DNA from: Diplonema japonicum
Lineage: Eukaryota > Protista > Euglenozoa: Diplonemea
Direction of reading: 5' to 3'
Length of the DNA stretch: 64,000 bases
Assembly: GCA_964019335.1 (NCBI GenBank)
Contig: OZ025704.1
Location: forward strand, 186,001-250,000
Shown here: positions 11,346 through 20,569 of the stretch, piece by piece
Layout of the letters: the number at the start of each line of letters is the position of its first letter
How positions within the stretch are numbered: the first letter of the stretch is position 1
Program-made: the position numbers and the translations under genes
Notes under the pieces: generated by a model
Database searches by the model: none
Seen by the model: the letters and a program-made list of their open reading frames with translations, nothing else
Told to the model about the DNA's origin: nothing

Positions 11346-13327
11346 ATGTTTTCGAGAAACAGCAAGCAGGCGGCGACACCCAACAGCACCGCCGCCAACA
11401 AGGAGACATCCCAGCCGTTCAAAATAGGGAGTTATGTGCTGGGCAAGACACTGGGCAAGGGCTCGTTCGGAAAGGTGAAGCTCGCAACGCACGAGGTCAC
11501 CGGACACAAGGTGGCGGTGAAGATCCTCAACCGGCACAAAATAAAATCTTCCCAGATGGACAAAAAAATCAAGAGGGAGATCACAGTACTCAAGCTCTTC
11601 AGACACCCCAACATAATCAGGCTTTATGACGTAATGGAAACCACCACCGACATTTTCATGTGCATGGAGTACGTGGACAAAGGAGAGCTCTACGACTATA
11701 TTGTAAAACACGGCGTTTTATCGCAAAGCGCCGCGAGGAGATTCTTCCAACAAATCATTTCCGGGGTTGAATACTGCCATCACTACCAAGTAGCCCACCG
11801 CGATTTAAAACCAGAAAATCTCCTCCTGGATTCCAAACTAAACGTGAAAATCGCTGATTTTGGACTGTCCAACCTCATGAAAGACGGTGACTTTCTTAAA
11901 ACATCATGCGGGTCGCCAAACTACGCTGCACCAGAAGTTATAAGCGGGATGCTGTACGCGGGGCCGGAAATCGATGTGTGGAGCTGCGGGGTGATTTTGT
12001 ACGCGTTGCTGTGCGGGAGGCTGCCATTCGACGAAGAGTCTATCCCGGCATTGTTTCAGAAGATTAAGTCCGGTAGGTTTTACTTACCACCGTCGATCCC
12101 GCAGGGCCCGAGGGATATCATTAAAAAGGTGCTGCTTGTTGACCCCATGCGGCGTATGACCCTGTCACAGATCCGAGAAACAGAATGGTTTCAAACAGAT
12201 CTCCCAGCGCATCTATCACTGTCCCCAGCACAGCTCGCGGAAAAATCGCAGTCGGACGACATCGATATGGAAATCGTAAAACAAGTTTGCATAAAACTCG
12301 ACATCACCCAGGACGTCGTTATTAATGTTGTGGAGAATGGTGACGATCCTTCCGTCGCGGATTATGACGTGTCGCTTGCTTACAACATTTTGTTGGACAC
12401 AAAAAAGCGGAAAGAACTTGAAATCCTCGCAGAGGTCGGAACGGATGAACCGCCATCATCTCCCAACGGTACTGTGGAAGCAGCTCCGTCGGCAAGTACT
12501 GGAACAAGCACTCCGGCTATGAACAGTTTGACATCGAGCCCGGTTATCGACATCCTAACACAGCTTAGTGCAATTCACACAAAAACACGTTACAACAAGT
12601 CGAAATTTGTTGTCCCGTCTTCGTTGCCGTCTTCTGTCTCGTTGAGTAAAACCCCTATGTCGAGCAGCCCACCGTTTAAGTCGTATATTCAGAGGAGTTT
12701 GGGCGGTGCGATTCATAGTGCGGCGAAATCGGCGCCGGGTTTTATGGGTTCTCCCACAGAGGCTGAACCGTATTCTGCACAGAATGGGGGTGATGATTCT
12801 ATGATCTTCCCCCTTGATGACGCGACGGTGGGTAGTGCCAGCGGTGGGACGCTTCCTCCTCAGGAATCGTCGTCGCAGGACAACACGGATAGTCTGGACG
12901 GGGCTGGGTTCCTCGCTTACCACGGGTGCGGGTGGCGTTTGGGGTTGATGTCTGAGAAGAAATCAGCGGATGTTTTAACAGCAATTTATGACATACTGGT
13001 GGAAAAACAGCTGGTTTGGAAGGTATTTGAAAAAAAAAAAGAAGGAAAAAAAAAGAAGAAAAAAAAAAAAAAAAAGGTAATTAGCCCCTACCATCTTAGC
13101 GTGCGGGGGATCAAGCACAAACCGGGGGATTTTAAAATTGGCATCCGTCTTTACAGGATGCATGATCGGCATGACAAGGTGTGTGGGGTTAAAAAAATTT
13201 TTATTGGGGGAAAAAAAAAAAAAAAAAGGGATTTTTGATCGATCTCACCCGGATAGACGGGAATACTCTGCCCACTATGGACATCATCAGTGAGTTGTAC
13301 GATTTGTTTCAGGTCCGTGTAGTGTAA
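11346..13327 (+). CDS. SNF1: AMP-activated protein kinase alpha / SNF1 catalytic subunit (exons 11346-13022, 13077-13178, 13229-13327)
   Basis: LGKGSFGKVK, HRDLKPEN, DFGLSN, DGDFLKTSCGSPNYAAPE. The C-terminal KA1-like domain (WRLGL...) is completed by splicing two poly-A introns. Confidence 0.93.
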
Positions 13328-13756
13328 TGGGGGGAGAGAGAGAGAGAGAGAGGGGGGGGGGGGGGGGGGGGGGGGAGATGGGTTTCAAAAAAAAAAGTGT
13401 TTTGACGGGGTGGGTATATATTTATATTATTTTTTTTTCTTTTTACAAGCAAAAAAAAAAAAATCTGGTTTTGGCTTCGTACTTATTTGTTTTTACGGGG
13501 GGGGGGGGGGGGGGGGTTTCGGGGCTAATTCAGTATAGCGGCATCATTTGGGTTTTTTAAAAAAAGAATAAAAAAATAAAAAAAACCAAAAGAGAGAAAA
13601 AAAAGAATTGTGTTCACATTAGACTATTTTTTACTAAGAGGTGATTTCGAAAAATGCCATTTTCTGCCATAATTGTCTTAAAGGGGGGTGGGGTGGGGAA
13701 GAGGTATCAAATAAAAAAAAACTCCCCCCCTGCTTTCTTCTTTTTTCTCTCTCTCT

Positions 13757-13788
<32 letters not shown>

Positions 13789-13813
13789 CTTCAAGGTTAT
13801 TTGTTGACAACTA

Positions 13814-13849
<36 letters not shown>

Positions 13850-16004
13850 GGGAGAAAGAGGGGAAAAAAAAAGCAGTTTTGGGACCATTTTGATACCCCC
13901 ACCCCAGTAATGTGGTGTGTACGTGTATTTTTTCCTAAATGATTTTTTTTTATAGCATTTTTTTTTTTCCCCCTTCCTGTTTTTTTTTTTTAAAGAAGAG
14001 AAAAAAACCACCCTAGCTGCCCCCACAGTGCTTTGTGTGTAGAGTTGTCGTTGATATCATCTTTCCCGCTTTTTTTTTCTTTTTCCGTTTTTTTTTTTTT
14101 TTTTTTTTTTTTTTTCATTCTTGTGACATAAAATCCGAATAATGGAAGGAGCAAGGGGGAAGGGAGGGGTGCTGAAGGGGTCTCTGTTTTATATGTGCAA
14201 AAGTTGATGTTTTAACCACACTGGGAGGACCCCCCCCCCCCCCCCCCCCCCCCCCAACTGCTAGCGCACCCGGCTGGTCCGAACTGGACTTTTCTTTGTT
14301 TTGCAGTTATTATTATTCCCCCCCCCCCCCTTGAAAACGTTTTTTTTTTCTTCGTTCTTAGTCAGTGGGCTGTTCTGTACCCCAAAGACCATGAATTTTG
14401 TTTATTTAGTTTTTTTTTCTTTCTTTTTTTTCTTTTAAATTATTTCTTACGCAGGTTTCTAGGAGTGAAGCAAGAACAGCAAGCACGGAACTCGGCGTAC
14501 AGTTCGGTAAAACAAGCCTTGCCCGGCGAAAAGCAAAGCGAGGGTGAAGTGGCTTTGCAAGGAGACTGTTCTTTGCCTCACGAGAGACCCCGGCGAGAGG
14601 ATAATTGCCGAATAAGGAAAAGCGGATGATAGTGAAGTACAAAGGAAACACAAAAAAAAAAAAAAAAAAAAGGGGGAGTGTGTCCTCCCAACCCACGGCT
14701 CGACGTTTTTTTTTTTTTTTTTTTTTTTTCTAAAATGGAAAAAAGAGAAGAAAGAAAAAAAAAGTTTTTTAAAAATAATCGACAGTATTCTGAGTTACAA
14801 AGTATAACTTTCTTTTGTAACCGCCCATGCCAATTGACAGAGCTTTTTGAACAGTCTTTGACAAAAACGAAATGGGGACGGGGGGGAAAGGAAGCAGCAC
14901 ACACGTTCGCGGGTTCGTTTTCATTTTTTTTTTCCCCCTATTTTTTATTTCAGCTTACAGCAAAAAAAAAAAAAAAAAAAAGAAACCCGTGTTTTGCTAT
15001 TTCCTGTATTTGAGGTGTTGATGTGCTCCAGAATTTGGTTTGTCCACGTACAAAATAAAGTACTTTCTATTTTTTTTTTTTTTTTTTTTTTTTTTGCCAT
15101 AAATAAATTTGTACTTTTTCTTCCCCCACCCTCCTTTTCTCCTTCGTCTGTACTTTAAGCTCCCCCTCCACTCCTGCATTCGTTTCAGCCTTTTTTGTAA
15201 CGCTCCATATCTCTAAAACCCGTCTATCCTGGTCGATCCTGAACTTGATCATTGAAGAGTTGCGGGAACGAGTTCATTGCAGCCCTTGTTTTGGAAAAAA
15301 AAAAAAAAAAAGGAAAACAAAAATAAAATAGCGATTTTCTTTGTGGGAGTAGCAGACGAGTTTTTAGAGATATGGGGCGGTACTTTTTTTTTTCACGTTT
15401 TTTTATTTGTGCTCCTCCCGCCCTCCCATTTCTGGTATTTCTTTTTTTTTTTTTTTTTTTTGTGAGAAAGTAAAGTAGCTAGTATAGGAAGTATGGAAAA
15501 AAAAAAGTTTTTTGTTGAACGTGTCCCTGAAAAAAATTGTTTTGTGAGGGGGGGGGGGGGGGGGGGGACGAGAACAATTAATAGGCGAGTTTTTCTTTGT
15601 TTGTTCGATGGGAAAAGAACAAGGCTATCTCTCACCCAATAATAGGGGGGAAAGGGGAGGGAGGGGGTTCCCGTTTCTCGATTCACCAAAAATATTATTA
15701 ACTACAGCCAACAACGTAATCGGCTTTTTTTTTTTTTCTCTTCTTTCTCTCTTTACTAGCTATTTTTTTTACTTTTTTTTATCGCCCCCCTCCTCCTTCC
15801 ATTTCGCCCTTCCCCTTCTCCTCTCCGCATGCCGCCTTTTTTTTTTTTTTTTTTACTTTCCATTTTTTTTCTTTTTATTTCATCTGTTTCTGCGCATCAA
15901 TACACGATTTCCTTTTATTCAAAATTTATTCTTCTTCTTCTTTCCCCCCTTTTTTTTCCCCCTGCACCCAAAAAAAAAAAAAAAAGAAGGGGGTAAAAAA
16001 AAAA

Positions 16005-18644
16005 ATGCAAGAATGGAGCCACGAGGAGGAGGAACTACTAAAAATGGAGGCCCTGGAAGTCGTCAAAAAGCGGGACCTGCATTGGGAAGAGGACCTCCCC
16101 CTCCGCATTGACTCCATGATAGAAGCACTGGAGAAGGAGAACAGCACCATCGACAGGGACATTGGGATGATGACGTCGATTCAAGTTGACGAGGTGAGGC
16201 AGTCTTTTAAGCTACTGGGCCAAACCAAGCCAGAAGCAGACAATTTAGTCAAAATATTCGACGAACTAGGCCTTTTAGTCGCCGCAGAACGGGAAGACAT
16301 GAAGGATTTCAAACAACTCAAGGAGGTTCACGAAACCCTCGAAACGTTATCATCCGTGACCAACACCGTCGATATGCTGCTGTCTTTACAGCAAAAACAT
16401 GTAGAATACGAGGAAGCACTGCAATCGTCAGGACCAACAATATCGGCAACCTGCACGGGATTATGGCCGGTTCATGAATTCAAACAAAACCTCAGCACGG
16501 CCTCAGGACACCCTGACAAACAAAAGTTCTCGTCGCACTTCACACTACTGTGCAACACCTTGCAGAGCGTCGTCGGGAAAATGCGGAAAACCTTCACGAA
16601 ATTCTCCAAGGCCGGGTGCGAGATAAACAACCTGGACAACAACGGAGGGGACTGGGGGAAGCTATTGGATGAAGAGTTCGCCCTTCTATCCGACGCCATG
16701 GATGTTGTCAACTCTGAAAGAGAGTTGATGTTCTCATCTGACCTCAGTTTATTCGACGACCACGAAAAGAAATACGTGAAAGAAGGCGGGCTCTGGTCGC
16801 TCTGCCTTCAATGGATTACACAAGGTACGAACAAACTGTGGGTAGACTCGCTCCGCCTCTCACGAACCAACGGCGAGGAAGATCTTCTCAACACAGAATC
16901 CACCAAGACAATACTCGACCGCCTCAGTGAATGGATCAAAGCCCTGGACGGCATTATCTTCAACCTTATCAAAGACGGCCACCCGGAACCGACACCTTCC
17001 ACCCTCGCTCAAGGACCTTGGAAGGACACCGCTCACGCTGAAGCGATCGTCCGTATAATATGCGATGTCGGCCATGAAATGGTAATGAGAATCCTCAATC
17101 TGTGGATCTCACGAATGGGGACCGAGAATAAGCTCGGCGCGCCGGACCTCCTCGTCATTGTAAAATGGACCAAGATGTACGATACGCAACAGGGTATCTT
17201 AAGGTGTTACCAGGGTTTTAAACTAACCGGGCCGGCTCCTCACATACTAACCGCAAAGGGGAAACAAGAACTCGAAGAAAAACGCGCTTTAATGCTTCGC
17301 TACATGTCGCAAACGCTGAAAGAATGGCTCGGAGACATGGCGGAACGGCAAGCCACGACAACCATCAACCTCGCTTACGACTCCGAGTCTGGGATACAGC
17401 GTAAAGGCAGGGCAGGGATATTCCACACAATGGGCCCCGTCGACTTCTTCGATCTCCTCAACACCCAGTACGACGAAATCGGGCATTTCAAAGACACCTC
17501 GGCCATGGAATCCCTCGCAAGCGGGGTTCAATACGCCACCTTGCAATACATGGGTAAGATGAAGGAGTGTTGCAAGCATGAATGGTGGACGGATAAACTT
17601 GCAGCCGAAACCTTCAAAGCACCTTTCAACGGGAGTAATCACCGGTTCGTAGCATCCATGGCGCTGCTTAACGATGCGGCAACATTTCAGGAAAACCTTC
17701 CAAGGATCGAGGGAAGGTTCAAAACGGTGGTACAGCCGTCAAAGCTGCACTTTGATGTCGCATTCTCTGAAGTGGCGGAACTAACGCACATTTCAATCCA
17801 CGAATTCGGATATTTCATCACAATATCTGAATGCTCGGAGATGTGGGACGGTCTATTCCCGTCTCCTGAAGGGTCGTCTTTTCCCGATATACTCGCAACA
17901 ATTGCAGATTATGAAGGAGATTTGAAAACCGGTCTGGATAGCGACAAACATGAAAAAACTGTTCAAGCGATGGGGAAGCTATGCGAGGTGGAGTATTTAA
18001 AACGCTTTGCGGGGTTTTGCAAGGACGACAAGCAGAAGAAATTCGAAGGCAGGCGGGTCGAGGAGATGAAAACCGACCATCGCGGGCTTGTCGAAACCTT
18101 CGAAGGGTTCGGAGCGACCGACATCGCATCAGGCGCCATCAAGTTACTAGCAGACATCACAGGCGCACTGTATCAGAAAGTGTGGGTTTCTTATGAGAAC
18201 CATATTGAAAAGCTTATCAAGATGTTCCCTGACGTCCCTTCCGAGCTGGTTAGATTTTTAGTCAAAAAAATCGACCTATCGAGCAGCGAACGGGAGCGTG
18301 CAACAGAGCCCTGGGACGCTATGATCAACTCGCAGGATAGAGATGAAAACGATGTCCCTGCAGCGGTGTCGTCCGGTGCAGTCGCGCCCACGGTGTTCTC
18401 TAACATCCGTATCGACACGTCTGCGAACAAGGGTGTCATGTCGAGCCTGTTCGGGAAATTCGGCGGGAACAAAAACAAACGGAAGTCCCTGCAAAAACCC
18501 GGGAAATCCGACCCCTCGGCAGCCCCCCCTTCCGGCCCCGCTTCGCCGGCCAACAACGCTCCTCCTCCACAACAAGAAAAACAAAGCGAACAGTTCACGC
18601 AAGCGGTTACCGTGGGTTCTTTGAGCGACTTCTTAAACTCGTAG
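16005..18644 (+). CDS. Exocyst complex component Sec6/EXOC3-like
   Basis: 879-aa helical protein with an N-terminal coiled coil and Sec6-like segments (TMGPVDFFDLLNTQ, MALLNDAATF, ILATIADY). Confidence 0.65.
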   Translation: MQEWSHEEEELLKMEALEVVKKRDLHWEEDLPLRIDSMIEALEKENSTIDRDIGMMTSIQVDEVRQSFKLLGQTKPEADNLVKIFDELGLLVAAEREDMKDFKQLKEVHETLETLSSVTNTVDMLLSLQQKHVEYEEALQSSGPTISATCTGLWPVHEFKQNLSTASGHPDKQKFSSHFTLLCNTLQSVVGKMRKTFTKFSKAGCEINNLDNNGGDWGKLLDEEFALLSDAMDVVNSERELMFSSDLSLFDDHEKKYVKEGGLWSLCLQWITQGTNKLWVDSLRLSRTNGEEDLLNTESTKTILDRLSEWIKALDGIIFNLIKDGHPEPTPSTLAQGPWKDTAHAEAIVRIICDVGHEMVMRILNLWISRMGTENKLGAPDLLVIVKWTKMYDTQQGILRCYQGFKLTGPAPHILTAKGKQELEEKRALMLRYMSQTLKEWLGDMAERQATTTINLAYDSESGIQRKGRAGIFHTMGPVDFFDLLNTQYDEIGHFKDTSAMESLASGVQYATLQYMGKMKECCKHEWWTDKLAAETFKAPFNGSNHRFVASMALLNDAATFQENLPRIEGRFKTVVQPSKLHFDVAFSEVAELTHISIHEFGYFITISECSEMWDGLFPSPEGSSFPDILATIADYEGDLKTGLDSDKHEKTVQAMGKLCEVEYLKRFAGFCKDDKQKKFEGRRVEEMKTDHRGLVETFEGFGATDIASGAIKLLADITGALYQKVWVSYENHIEKLIKMFPDVPSELVRFLVKKIDLSSSERERATEPWDAMINSQDRDENDVPAAVSSGAVAPTVFSNIRIDTSANKGVMSSLFGKFGGNKNKRKSLQKPGKSDPSAAPPSGPASPANNAPPPQQEKQSEQFTQAVTVGSLSDFLNS

Positions 18645-18797
18645 TGGTGATTTACAAAAAAAAAAAAAAAAAAAAAATAGATTTTTTTTTGTTCGTTTTT
18701 TTTTTTTTTTTTTTTTTTTTCTCTCTCCCCCAACTATGTAAAAGGTCCGTATTAACATGGCAGCACAGCAACCGAGGCTGACGGGTGGCGCGTGTAT

Positions 18798-18833
<36 letters not shown>

Positions 18834-18878
18834 CCCCCCACACACTCAACCCTAGTGATACGGAAGAAACGTGATGTG

Positions 18879-20108
18879 ATGGACGACGACGACACGGACG
18901 AGAAGATCGAGATCGCTTGGAAGTTCATCGACAATGAGGTGATCGACAAGATGTGTGAAGCGATCGGGAACACAAACCTGGACCCGTTGATCACCGTACT
19001 AGACCTCACGGACAACAAGCTCGGCCCGCAAGGAATGCAACGACTGGCCAATACAATGGAAACCGGCTTCATCTCCGACTGCGTTATAAGGTACAACAAC
19101 ATCGGCAAGGAAGGCGCTGACAGCGTGTCGCTTGTTGTGGAAGGAAGCCAGACACTTACAAACCTCGATTTAAGAGGCAACAAGCTCGACGCGGCGGCTT
19201 TGAAGAAGCTAATGAAAGCTGTCGGAGATTCTGAGAAACTAAAGCTTCTCGGTCTCGGGGGGAATGATTGCGGTGCAGAAGGTGCTGTTTACATCTCCGC
19301 AGCCTTGACACGATCCCCTTCCATCACTAACGTTCAGTTGTGGAAATGCGGGTTCGGTTCAGAGGGAGCGGAACACCTCTCCGCAGTACTCGCACACAAC
19401 AGCAGCATATTAACAATCGATTTGTGGAACAACCGCTTCGGTCCCGAGGGAACAGGGTACTTAAGCAAAGGCTTGGCGCACAACAACACGTTGAAACGGC
19501 TTTCGTTAGGTGATAACCGGATTACTGACGCTGGGCTCCCCGATCTCTGCAGGGCCTTGAAGGGCAGCAGGACCCTCATGGACGTGGATTTAAGAAGTAA
19601 CGGATTTACACCCGAAGGCATTATAATGCTGGCAAAGGCTTTGAAAGATCACACCAGTATACAGTCGATCCATTTATGCAGCAACACAATCGGGGCGGAC
19701 GGGGCAGAAGCGATCGCAGATTCATGGAAAAAGAACTCGGCTCTTGTTGACATCGATTTGTGGAACACAAAGCTCGGGTCGAATGGCGCGAAACATATTG
19801 CGAATCTTTTATCCCACAACAGCCATCTTATGAGCCTTTCTCTTGCAGGGAATAACATAGATACATCGGCCGCTTCTGAACTGGCGGCTGCCATTCCCAC
19901 TGCAACGTCGTTTGAGTTCATCGATCTCGTGAATAATGAAATAAATATTGAAGGTGCGGAGGCGCTGCTCTCTGCTGTCGAGAAGAACCCTTCTGTGACA
20001 AGCCTGTCTCTGCATGGTAATAATATTAGCAGGGTGATGCAGAAAAAGATCAATTCAACCTTGCATGAACGGAGGGTGCAGGCAGGGATCGATCGAGAAG
20101 GGAAATAG
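18879..20108 (+). CDS. Ribonuclease-inhibitor-type leucine-rich repeat protein
   Basis: About 13 repeats of 28 aa with the pattern LxxLxLxxNxIGxxGAxxL. Confidence 0.9.
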   Translation: MDDDDTDEKIEIAWKFIDNEVIDKMCEAIGNTNLDPLITVLDLTDNKLGPQGMQRLANTMETGFISDCVIRYNNIGKEGADSVSLVVEGSQTLTNLDLRGNKLDAAALKKLMKAVGDSEKLKLLGLGGNDCGAEGAVYISAALTRSPSITNVQLWKCGFGSEGAEHLSAVLAHNSSILTIDLWNNRFGPEGTGYLSKGLAHNNTLKRLSLGDNRITDAGLPDLCRALKGSRTLMDVDLRSNGFTPEGIIMLAKALKDHTSIQSIHLCSNTIGADGAEAIADSWKKNSALVDIDLWNTKLGSNGAKHIANLLSHNSHLMSLSLAGNNIDTSAASELAAAIPTATSFEFIDLVNNEINIEGAEALLSAVEKNPSVTSLSLHGNNISRVMQKKINSTLHERRVQAGIDREGK

Positions 20109-20153
20109 TTTAAGAAATGGGGAGAAGAAAGAAAAAAAAAAAAGCATTTTCAT

Positions 20154-20188
<35 letters not shown>

Positions 20189-20191
<3 letters not shown>

Positions 20192-20279
20192 GGGAACGAC
20201 CCCAAAAGGGGAGCATCATAAGGTAGGCACGCCACCCGCGGCGGGCCGTTGCTAACCACTTCGTTCCTATCATAGTGAA
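20189..20279. repeat. ~90-bp dispersed structured repeat, copy 2
   Basis: Matches 3671-3750. GGAACGA (20193-20199) is complementary to TCGTTCC (20261-20267). Embedded in poly-T. Confidence 0.85.
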
Positions 20280-20569
20280 TTTTTTTTTTTTCCCCCATCC
20301 CTTGCCTCCCCCCTCCACCCTTTAAGATGTGAATATTCTATATTGTTTCATTATCTTTTCTTCTTCGATTTCTTTTTTACGCTGTGCCCAGTGCGAGACG
20401 CCATGAAATAAGACAAACAATCAGACCGGCTGTCTCAAAAGAATTGATCTACGGCAGGTCGTTTTTGCTGGAATGGCTCTTCTCCTCGAGCCAAACCGCC
20501 CCCTATCAGAACGGTGAGCACTCACCGCACACCGAAATTTATCAATTCCTTTTTGCCCAGAGGAATAAT

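Noticed and set aside
14452-14630. Possible short coding exon after a CAG acceptor
   Set aside because: An open frame of about 57 codons exists, but there is no start, no recognisable motif and no supportable upstream exon.
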